Below are positions 1 through 11,300 of a DNA stretch of 64,000 bases, one piece after another (position 1 is the first letter of the stretch; the number at the start of each line of letters is the position of its first letter). The notes beneath the pieces are model-generated. The model did no database searches, was not told the origin of the DNA, and saw nothing but the letters and a program-made list of their open reading frames with translations. The translations under genes and the position numbers were made by a program. The DNA comes from Ylistrum balloti (taxonomy: Eukaryota), in the NCBI RefSeq assembly GCF_031769215.1, contig NW_026781915.1:1054001-1118000 (forward strand). The letters run 5' to 3'.

Positions 1-3000
1 GCTGGAAATTTCAGCCGAGATGAAACTCCTTTATTTATTTAATGCTCTGTCTGCTTTGTGAATGGTTTGTTACCAGACCTGGCAAGTTTCCTAGAATTTC
101 AACTGAAATAGAAAGTTAAAGTTTTGATTTAGACTATGATTGATAGAATTTCTTTTTCAAAACATTTAGAATATTGTTTAAAGAGGCTAACCTGCACAGC
201 ATTACCTGGAGATATGTAGTAGGAGACATGTTTACAACTGAGGGTCACCTGTAAGCTAATGATATAAAAGGTGTGTCAGTGAAACTTGTAAATATATACT
301 GTATTCAGAACTGTCTACATGTGAAATACCCTTCCTCAGATTATGTAGCATGTGTAGGTAATTATTCTGGCCCGAGGGCTTAACCACAAACTCAAACTTT
401 TTCGTTGAACACAATGAAAACTTTATATTAATTTTTGTCACGTGTGTTGTTAGCATACTGGAAATACTTGTATGTAAATTTTGCGTTGGAATTTTATATT
501 CATATCGTCCCAGTTTACATAACTGAAAGAGATTGTTATCGGGATTAAATGACAAATTAAAACAAAGAAAGCTTATGATAAGTTTTCTGTGATATTTCAT
601 ACAGAAATTAATCCCACCTTTTATAAGTAGAGAGTAGATCGTGAATAGAAAAATAATAATAATGAAGGAATTTTACAACGTGTAAAGGATGAGTGAAATT
701 TCAGTTTTATTTTGTGTAATAGTTGAGTGATATCCATTGATAGACATGAGTAGGAGTAGTGTGTGACAGTGTAGATGTGGTTGATGACCCATGGACTGTA
801 GTGTAATGATGTCACACATTAGATCGTAGATTTGTTGATTTGAGTTGTCTTTGACTCTTTGCTAGAGTATTTTACCACAAGTTTTCATATTGACTGGATG
901 GTCATCACATATCTATGAGAATGAGGCTGACAAATTAATGATATCAGCTGTATCATCTTTTCATCTTTTTATGTAATTAAAACTGAACCTCTGGGCTATT
1001 ATTGTTTCATCAACATTATATATTGTATAGTCAGAATATAAAGCTGTAGAAAAAGGTTACATTATAAATTAATGTTGTAAATATGTTATGTGTGTAAGAC
1101 TATTACTGACTTGGTTATAAGAACGATCATTTAAATACCTGATTTAGCTCGGAAGGTTAATGCCTCCATAACTGACGGATTAAAACCATTCCTACAAAGA
1201 CAAGGGACAGATTATTGGGAATGTAAAAAAAACAATGTGGATTATGAGCAGATTATTAATAGATTAGGATTACCTTAGAAATCAAAATGCTGATCCTGAT
1301 TTATGTTATGTAAAATAAACTTATCAGTAATCAAAATCTCACAACCAAGACAAATCTCAGTATGTGGTTGTCTCCCCTTGTTTCTGGCTTTTGGAAATGT
1401 TAGTAAGATTACTTGTAATGATTTAACACTTGCTGTGATCACAGTTAGGCCTTCGTCTCTTGAAGATGTCAAAAACTACTTTGTTTACAGTATTATATTT
1501 AAATGTGTGATGTCATTTATCGTGTGATTTATGATTGTTTCAGTAAGCACATTGAGTTGTCTGTCCTTGAGATGGTTATTCAATGTACACACTTACTTCA
1601 AATCAAGTATTTTGTAAAGACATTAGTAATGATATCTATAAGAATACTGGTATGTGGATTGCTTGTATTTCTTTAGAAGCCTGCCTCATTTTAATATGAT
1701 AGAATCATCGTAAATGTTTAAACAGTTCCAGGGAGTATTATATAAGGAAATAAGCCCACTCAGTGTTAAACTGAGATAAAATTTTAACTGTTGTAGATCA
1801 AACTCGATCAGTTCACATAAAGCTTTACAACTGTGTATGCAAGTCAAAAACCTCCAAATGTCATTCCAATATGGCGCTGATTTGTACAAATACTTAAATG
1901 TCAATGTAAAAAATTAGGAAACGTAGAATGTAATAAAATTAAAAAATTTGGCAGTGAAACTGTCTGTGGGTGTGGTAACAGGAAATATTTGTGTGGGTGC
2001 TATAAAAATTCAGGTATGTGCAAGCTATTGGTCTGAATGGCTATGGGAGAGATCAAATGATTGGCTGTCTGGTTTTGGTGGGTTTTAAACTATACCAGCA
2101 ATATATCTATATCAATCAGAAATTCAAATGGAACCTTTATCTGTGACACAGAGTGGCGCAGACATTCAGGTTTATAGGGATTTCAACAGAGAATGGTAGC
2201 CGGGTCATAATGATAACATTGTCATTTCACTAGGTACATCGTAAATGTCCAGGGATATTGTGATTGAAAGTTTGGGTCACAAAATTCGGGTGTTACAACT
2301 GTGGGTGTTTATTAATGATAGTGTTGTCATTCATCAGAGACAGGCCGATCAACAAATATTGGTTTTAATCCCGTCATCATCGATAACACTGGACACACAC
2401 TAAAGATGTTTCAGGGACCTAGTGTATTTAAGGTTATAGCTATGTAGCAAATAAAAATCTGCCACCGTGGCAGTTTATGACTTCAAGCTAGAGTTCCTGT
2501 ATATCAGCATGATAATAGATATGTTGAGTGAATCGGAAAGTGATAAAATCAGACATGTGTCAACATCCAAATCGTTATCCTTTGATATTTCCATTTAAGA
2601 TTTTCTTTAATTGTTAATAGATTACAAGTATTGAAAATTTAATTTACTTCTAAAAATGATTGCTAAGATTAATAAATATCTTTAAAAAACTATTTTTAGA
2701 AAAATAAAATTTTTAAAAATAATTTTTGAACTTCTTAACTTCTGAATGGTTTGCAGAGAAAATCTGTAGAAAATATACACAATAGTTTGTGTTAATGATA
2801 GAAAATTGATGTAAGAGCTTGTGGTAATAGTAGAAACTTTACATCATGACTTGTAGGAAAAAATATTGCACCAGTCAATATGATCCACATTAGTTGGTGA
2901 CATGATGTTAAAATTTTTAAGGTGATTTCATCCCTGCTATTCTGTGTAACAGTCTAAAACTATAAACTTTGGCTGAAGTAGTACCTCTTGATGTGTGTTG

Positions 3001-4596
3001 ATCCACTTTAATTTGGGGGCGGAGCTTAAATCTTATCCCCTAGGCCCTGACTATGCATACGTTGATGAGGAACACATGGTCTGTGCCAAAAGGTTGACCT
3101 CTCTCTTATACACAGCCATGACTCACTAAATCCACACAGTTTGCCCATTTGACTGTGTTAAGAAAATGGATTACAGCAAATTTTTGTTATGTTGTCTCAT
3201 ATCCCTTATTTGTAGTTTTATTTGACTCTAGGAAATTGCTAGAGATCTGTTATACACAGTTTAGAGTCTACAGTAATAACAGCTTGTGTGACTAGTACAT
3301 GGTGACACACATTGTCATTCTTGCTGTACAAAGTACACTTCTTGTAAACAGGACTTTTTATTAACTTTAGATATAAGGAAGGTATTTTTCAATGTTTCAG
3401 CCAGTAACCCTTGATCTCTGACAAACTGATCTGATCCTTTACCCAATAATCTAAAGGAAACACCATAGATGTGTATTTCCAGCATATTGTTATAACTCTA
3501 CTGGGGATGTTAATCAGGACAAGTTGTGGTCAGTTCAGTGGTCAGTTTAGGGGTTATTAATCAGTATTAATAGCTGAGATGAGTAGAATGTCAAGAAAAG
3601 TATTGTGATCTGTACAGAATGTTGGTAGTACTGTAGACTGGTTTAAGATTGTACTGAAGACATTATGAAATATGTTGAGTATATATATGTTTGTTTAGTT
3701 TGTTTTGTATGATATATTTAGTATAACAGTATGTCCAGCTGTATATTGTACTTTGTTGTTTAAATATTGAGCCAACATATCAATATTGACCAGGCGTTCT
3801 AGATTTCCATGCAGTGTGTATCTGGATATGTAGAACTGCTCCTGGACATTGTTGGGGACATAAGCTATCACTGAAAGATGTCCTTGATAACAACTGTAAA
3901 TGTTTTTCTTGTTTTTTTTTGATAAAGACAGGATGTTTTGAGATCATAGTCTAGGGCACCTGTGTGGGACGTACCGGTAGTTAACACCCACAATGGACAT
4001 AGAGGATTTTCTATATAGGTCATAAAAGATCACTGATCACATTGATTTAAACACATCAAATAAATGTTTGTAAGGGATAGAGTTAAGAATCAGCTGTTTG
4101 TTTTTAGTTATATCTGTCCTGTCAGTGTCCAGTCTTGTCTTATACTTGATGTAAAATGTAAGCTGATCTTGGGTAATAATCTTTCATGTCTGCCTGTGAT
4201 GGTTTTCATTGTTTGTACCTTCAAGTGTTCTTTCTGATAGTAAGATTATTAAGAATATGTGTGCCTTGTTAAAAGGGCAGATTGTCTGAAAAATTTGACA
4301 ATTCACTTGTCTGTACTGTTGTTCACTGATCATATGTCTATTTCAGTAATACGCATCTAATGAACATCTGTTTGTTGGGATCCAGTATCAATACTGGACC
4401 ATACTGTCAATATTACATACTAGATTCTATAATATATATAATATATATAAATTCTGTTGTCCATTACATTCTTGAAACAATAGAGTGAATGAATTGGGTT
4501 AGTACCGCTTCAGTATTACCAGAGAGAGCTGTATCGGTTGTATTTTATCTGTGAGCATCAAACTATACTTCCTCTAAAACCATAATGCTATTGGTT

Positions 4597-4810
4597 GGTC
4601 GGATGGTGCAGTAGTAACACTCTCTCTTAAAATTCACCGAGATGTCTGGGTTTGATTTCCTGAGCAGACATGACAAGGTACGAGGGTCACTGGTCTGATC
4701 ATGTGGGATTTTCCAGATTCTCAAGTTTCATTCTACAGTAAGACCCCTTGTGCACTTCCCTCTTGGACAACAAGAGTGATTGATATGAGCTAAAAGCTTG
4801 TTTCAAAATT
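4597..4810 (+). mobile_element. Degenerate tRNA-derived SINE
   Basis: A-box-like ggtgcagtagtaa at about 4605 and B-box-like gggtttgatttcc at about 4648, followed by catgtgggattttccagattctcaagtttc, which resembles the GTGGGTTTTCTCCGGGTACTCCGGTTTCC-type SINE body. Family not verified. Confidence 0.55.
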
Positions 4811-7772
4811 GTTGAAAAATTAATATGGTTTTTGTTGTAATGCTGTTGGTTAAACAAGTATATCCTCATGGTGCTGACTACAAAACAGGCCAATGATACT
4901 TAGGGAAATATGACAAATATGACAATGGTGATCACACGACCTACCTAAAATGGTGACATTGTAACAGTACTTTTCAGGGCTAGCTCTGGCTTTAAAATTT
5001 TATTCGCTAAATTCTGAAAATTCTGAAAACTGGTTATGGTTTTACGCAACAGAATTGCCAATTGATTCATTAAACCTTCAGCCCATTATTCTTTGTATAG
5101 TACTTTAGTTTAAAATTGTAAAATTTATTAGAAATTTTTTTTTATTGAAGTATTGTTTAAAATTTGAGAAGAAAAAGGAGAAGAAAGTCAGTGAATTTTT
5201 GTAAAGAATTATTTAAGCTCCCATACAGATATATGGATGGATAATCCATAAATGAATACAGGTAAAAAGAAATACAGTCCAATGATTTATCAACAACTTT
5301 TATAAATTTAAAGAATTATTTCAGCTTAATGAAGTAAAACAAATAATGATGACTGTTGATTTTAGCCATTGGAGCAATGAAATATCAGTGTATTTTGGCA
5401 ATTTTGCACTTCTGCCAATGTTTTTGTATAGGAACACTATTGGAATGTTGGAATGTGAGGTTTTATACTGAAATTTGTTTTGTCGCTCAGTGTACAGAGT
5501 TATGGCCCTTTGTTTAGCAGGAGGCTGGAATGTCTTGGTGAGAGACAGTTCTGTGTTGTTTGGTAAGAAGTCCTTGGGAGATTTGTTTCATACATAGAAG
5601 AGGCTGTTTGTTTATTGTTTGTTAATTGATTATAATGATATTATTATAGGTTATTATCGTTGTTTATTTATATGTTATTGTATTAATCATCAGTGGTCTC
5701 CCTTACCTGTTGACTACATGCAGCATTGGAGATTTTCTCAGGTTTGTCACAGGACACATTTCAACCATTCTGCATGCCGGAGACCTTGTGTTGTTGTGTT
5801 ACCCTCCTATAGCCTTGATACCCTCTATGCCTTCTCCCCTTATCAGCATCACAATAGATTCATTCTAATGTATACACTGTCTGGCTGGATGTCAGTAATC
5901 ATTATATGTTCTTATTGTGATTCTATGGCTGAGTTTAATTTGATTTGAGGATGAATGTATCCAGCAAATTGTCACTTAGGTATTCATCTTTATCCTACAA
6001 TAAGTCAATAGAGGTAAACACATTTGGTTCAAAGTTAAGGGGTTGTCCGTATAAGAAGTAAAGTAGTGTTGTAATGCTTCTGAACAGCAGGAGATATGGG
6101 TGGGCTTATTAGCAAGCAGGGGAAAATTAAAAAGAAATTGTAACATCTTGCTATGCTAGATATAGTTACTGATGACATAATTGTGATATGGTGTTATGCT
6201 AGTTTAAGGTCTATTTAATGTACATGGGTTGGGTATCTCATCAGATTAGGGAAACAACACAATTGATAGAATTGATAATTTTGATAGTCGAGAGAAGTTG
6301 TATACATACAATGCAATATTAATTACTTAAAAACAAGGGACATGAAAAATTGTTATCTAAAATAAAGGGAAATAAAAGAAATTTAAGAAATAAGTAATAT
6401 GCAAGTTGTTTTTATTTTTTCTTTGTTAATTTGTTTGCAATAACTAATTAAGACGGTACAGGTACATTTCAGTCCAGCAAACCTCTCAGATCTAGTGATG
6501 TGGAGGGCCTTAGTTCAGACCTTGTTTTGATACATATCATGTGTATCTGTTTGTGTATTTATTGTTTTCGGTTGGTTGACTTTAGTAATATATCGATGGT
6601 AATCTACACTAGATAATTGATAGCCACCCCCTATGCATGTTCAATATGTCTGTCTAAAGACCTTCCTTTAAGTTTATTACCTGTTTCTTTAGTATCGATC
6701 ATGCACATTCCATTTGCATTGTCATATTATTTGAATTATTTTTATTTTTATGTGTATTTTGTGTGATTACCATTTTGTTTCACTAATGCATGCTTATTTT
6801 TATAAATAAATACAAAGTTTGCACCATATGACTTCATCCAATATGGTTCTACTAGGTTGGAAAGTGAACAAGCATGCCTGAGTTACCTCCCTTCATCTGA
6901 TACTAACTAGTCTACATGTCAAAAAAGATAGTCTACATTAGAATGAAAGTTTATCAAATTGAATTTTATGCATCAAAGATTTCCAAAATATTTCAATTTT
7001 TGGTAGGTTTTATAATATTTTTTATTATCATCAATGTTTCCAGCATGGAAATATGATAAATTTGATAAGATGTGATGAAAAAAATGAATAGATTAAAGTT
7101 TGATGTGTAAGCCAGAGATGTCAACCACTCCAATTTGGGCAGAGTTTCCTCCGATTTTTATCCTTACTAAGCAGTGTACTGATAAATGGTCCATGCATTT
7201 TTGTCCTGCTTGAAGCATGAATATAGCTTAGTAGTAGACTCCATAATGAAAAAAAAATCTTTATTCTGTTGTACATGTTTTGAGTATTGAAAAAACACAT
7301 AACTGTGTTTGTAGGTAAAGAAATAATTCATGGTAGGTATAATTGATAACCAAGATTATTACGTTTATAAGGATTTGTTGGAGTAAGTATTAAACTTGAC
7401 TTAAGGAAGATGGAGTAGGTAAAAAAATTCAATTGAGTCCAACTAATGAATGTTATATACGATAATATCACTGATGTAGTGTTTTTACAGGAATTATATT
7501 GATATATAATGTTCTAGCATGAAAGAGACAGAGGCAATGATGAATGACAAATGTTAGAACATATATTAACATATTTCTATGCTTCATTTCACACATGTGG
7601 TATCATTTATTATATTTACCTATGTATATACAGTATATAAGTTATTTTATGTGCCTTTAATAGGTGAGCTACATGCATTGACTTGTGATTTTGTGAACCT
7701 TTGGTGTCTGACTTTTTAATTACATTTATGGCCAGCTTGCTTATTTTGTAATGAGATTCTCTTTTTCTTCAG

Positions 7773-7862
7773 GCTGGACGACGGATATTGGATCTTTATA
7801 GTGACCTCAAAGATGGACATAACCTGATATCTCTGTTAGAAGTGCTGGCTCACGAATCATTG
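7773..7862 (+). CDS. DST: Spectraplakin (dystonin/MACF1/plectin/shot family) internal exon, CH1 domain: AGRRILDLYSDLKDGHNLISLLEVLAHESL
   Basis: Acceptor ttctctttttcttcag at 7757-7772 and donor GTAAGG at 7863; 90 nt, phase 0-0. Translation matches the plakin CH1 motif DLYxDLxDGHNLISLLEVL. The symbol is nominal: the paralogues cannot be distinguished here, and invertebrates typically have one shot-like gene. Confidence 0.96.
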
Positions 7863-7892
7863 GTAAGGATTTCATATTGTGTGTGGTTTCAG

Positions 7893-8200
7893 GTAAGGAT
7901 GTGGTGCCATTTGTGGTACCTGTTTAGGATGTGGTGCCATTTGTGGTACCTGTTTAGGATGTGATGCATTTTGTGGTACCTGATAAGAATATGGTGCCAT
8001 TTGTGGTACCTGTTAAGGATATGATGCCACAGGATATGATGCCACAGGATATGATGCCGTTTGTGGTACCTGTTCGGGATGTGGTGCCATTTGTGATATT
8101 TGTTAAGGATGTGGTGCCATTTGTGGTACCTGTTAAGGATGTGGCACCATTTGTGGTACCTGTGAAGAATATGATACAGTTAATGGTACATGATAAGGAT
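7893..8200 (+). repeat. 30-bp minisatellite (aggatgtggtgccatttgtggtacctgttt/a), about 10 units
   Basis: Direct tandem repeats visible in the sequence; they generate ORF 7961..8233. Confidence 0.9.
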
Positions 8201-8440
8201 TTTAGAATTGAATGTAAATGTCAAGGGGAATAACTCTGTTAACCATATCATTGTTTGGAACTGAGTGATGAACATGATATGAAGGAAATACAACTCTGAC
8301 ATCTCATCAGTAGAACTATGGTATGATGTTTTGTAATTATCTCTATAAAATCTGAATTTAAACTTTCTGTAGCCCATTTGAGTACAGGGCATGTGTTGGA
8401 TAAGACTCCACACATAATGACCGTAACAATGTGAGTTAGG

Positions 8441-8560
8441 CTGATCGGACTGCTATGTTAACCTGTCTGTTTTATCATTTTAGCCAAGAGAGAAGGGTAA
8501 TTAATCTGACTGTTATGTTAACCAGTCTGTTTTATCGTTTTAGCCAAGAGAGAAAGGTCG
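8441..8560 (+). repeat. 60-bp tandem duplication including the splice acceptor of exon 8544
   Basis: 8441-8500 and 8501-8560 align at period 60: gactgctatgttaacctgtctgttttatcattttagccaagagagaagg versus gactgttatgttaaccagtctgttttatcgttttagccaagagagaaagg. Confidence 0.92.
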
Positions 8561-8621
8561 CATGAAGTTCCACAAAATTCAAAATGTCCAGATAGCTTTG
8601 GAGTTTCTGGCTCGTAAAGGG
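8544..8621 (+). CDS. DST: Spectraplakin exon, CH1 domain: [26 protein letters not shown]
   Basis: Acceptor tcgttttag and donor GTAGGT at 8622; 78 nt, phase 0-0. Matches the family motif PREKGRMRFHxLQNVQIAL. Confidence 0.96.
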
Positions 8622-8737
8622 GTAGGTATAATGATATAGTAATCATACATAGAGGTAAAGGCATTGTCTTTCTTTTACAGCTTAATTCTGACTATTGTGA
8701 CTGACTGAGGATGTGTGTCTCCAGACACAGGGGTGGT

Positions 8738-11300
8738 ATGGGTTTGACACCTGACACAGCTGACTGGGGTATGGAGTTGATGCCTGACAAAGCTGACTGG
8801 GGTATGGAGTTGATGCCTGACACAGCTGACTTGGGTATGGAGTTGATACCTGACACAGCTGACTGGGGTATGGAGTTGATGCCTGACACAGCTGACTGGG
8901 GTATGGAGTTGATGCCTGACACAGCTGACAGGGGTATGGAGTTGATGCCTGACACAGCTGACTGGGGTATGGGTTTGACACCTGACACAGCTGACTGGGG
9001 TATGGAGTTGATGCCTGACAAAGCTGACTGGGGTATGGAGTTGATGCCTGACACAGCTGACTTGGGTATGGAGTTGATACCTGACACAGCTGACTGGGGT
9101 ATGGAGTTGATGCCTGACACAGCTGACTGGGGTATGGAGTTGATGCCTGACACAGCTGACTGGGGTATGGAGTTGATGCCTGACACAGCTGACTGGGGTA
9201 TGGGTTTGACACCTGACACAGCTGACTGGGGTATGGAGTTGATGCCTGACAAAGCTGACTGGGGTATGGAGTTGATGCCTGACACAGCTGACTTGGGTAT
9301 GGAGTTGAAACCTGACACAGCTGACTGGGGTATGGAGTCTATGCCTGACACAGCTGACTGGGGTATGGAGTTGATGCCTGACACAGCTGACTGGGGTATG
9401 GGTTTGACACCTGACACAGCTGACTGGGGTATGGAGTTGATGCCTGACAAAGCTGACTGGGGTATGGAGTTGATGCCTGACACAGCTGACTTGGGTATGG
9501 AGTTGATACCTGACACAGCTGACTGGGGTATTGAGTTGATGCCTGACACAGCTGACTGTGGTATGGAGTTGACGCCCGACACAGATGACTGGGGTATGGA
9601 GTTGATGCCTGACACAGCTGACTGGGGTATGGAGTTGATGCCTGACACAGCTGACTGGGGTATGGAGTTGATGCCTGACACAGCTTAATGTGGTATGGAG
9701 TTGATGCCTGACACAGCTGACTGGGGTATGGAGTTGATGCCTGACACAGCTGACTGGGGTATGGAGTTGATGCCTGACACAGCTGACTGGGGTATGGAGT
9801 TGATGCCTGACACAGCTGACTGGGGTATGGAGTTGATGCCTGACACAGCTGACTGGGGTATGGAGTTGATGCCTGACACAGCTGACTGGGGTATGGAGTT
9901 GATGCCTGACACAGCTGACTGGGGTATGGAGTTGATGCCTGACACAGCTGACTGGGGTATGGAGTTGATGCCTGACACAGCTGACTGGGGTATGGAGTTG
10001 ATGCCTGACACAGCTGACTGGGGTATGGAGTTGATGCCTGACACAGCTGACTGGGGTATGGAGTTGACGCCCGACACAGATGACTGGGGTATGGAGTTGA
10101 TGCCTGACACAGCTGACTGGGGTATGGAGTTGATGCCTGACACAGCTGACTGGGGTATGGAGTTGATGCCTAACACAGCTGATTGAGGTGAGGAGTTGAT
10201 GCCCGACACAGCTGACTGGGATATGGAGTTGATGCCTGACACAGCTGACTGGGGTATGGAGGTGATGCCTGACACAGCTGACTGGGGTATGGAGTTGATG
10301 CCTGACACAGCTGACTGGGGTATGGAGTTGATGCCTGACACAGCTGACTGGGGTATGGAGTTGATGCCTGACACAGCTGACTGGGGTATGGAGTTGATGC
10401 CTGACACAGCTGACTGGGGTATGGAGTTGATGCCTGACACAGCTGACTGGGGTATGGAGTTGATGCCTGACACAGCTGACTGGGGTATGGAGTTGATGCC
10501 TGACACAGCTGACTGGGGTATGGAGTTGATGCCTGACACAGCTGACTGGGGTATTGAGTTGTTGCCTGAAACAGCTGACTGGGGTATGGAGTTGATGCCT
10601 GACACAGCTGACTGGGGTATGGAGTTGATGCCTAACACAGCTGATTGAGGTGAGGAGTTGATGCCCGACACAGCTGACTGGGATATGGAGTTGATGCCTA
10701 ATACAGGTGACTGGATTATGGAGTTGATGCCTGACACAGATGACTGGGGTATGGAGTTGATGCCTGACACGGCTGACTGAGGTATGGAGTTGATGCCTGA
10801 CACGGCTGACTGAGGTATGGAGTTGATGTCTGATATAGCTGACTGGGTTATGGAGTTGATGCCTGACACAGCTATCTGGGGTGTGGAGTTGATACCTGAC
10901 ACAGCTGACTTGGGTATGGAGTTGATGCCTGACACAGCTGACTGGGGTGTGGAGTTGATGCCTGACACAGCTGACTGGGGTATGGAGGTGATGCCTGACA
11001 CAGCTGACTGGGGTATGGAGTTGATGCCTGACACAGCTGACTGGGGTATGGAGTTGATGCCTGACACAGCTGACTGGGGTATGGAGTTGATGCCTGACAC
11101 AGCTGACTGGGGTATGGAGTTGATGCCTGACACAGCTGACTGGGGTATGGAGTTGATGCCTGACACAGCTGACTGGGGTATGGAGTTGATGCCTGACACA
11201 GCTGACTGGGGTATGGAGTTGATGCCTGACACAGCTGACTGGGGTATGGAGTTGATGCCTGACACAGCTGACTGGGGTATGGAGTTGATGCCTGACATAG
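8738..11300 (+). repeat. 33-bp minisatellite (atggagttgatgcctgacacagctgactggggt), about 78 units, with higher-order structure
   Basis: Very homogeneous tandem array; explains the ORFs 8675..11323, 8692..9681, 8711..9688, 9685..11298 and others. Confidence 0.98.

Noticed and set aside
5510-5575. Possible microexon upstream of the first CH1 exon (plectin 2alpha-like): tttagcag|GAGGCTGGAATGTCTTG|gtgaga
   Set aside because: 17 or 20 nt, not a multiple of 3; extending to the next donor meets a TGA. The exon encoding the QKKTFTKW motif was not found in 1-7772 and must lie upstream of the window.
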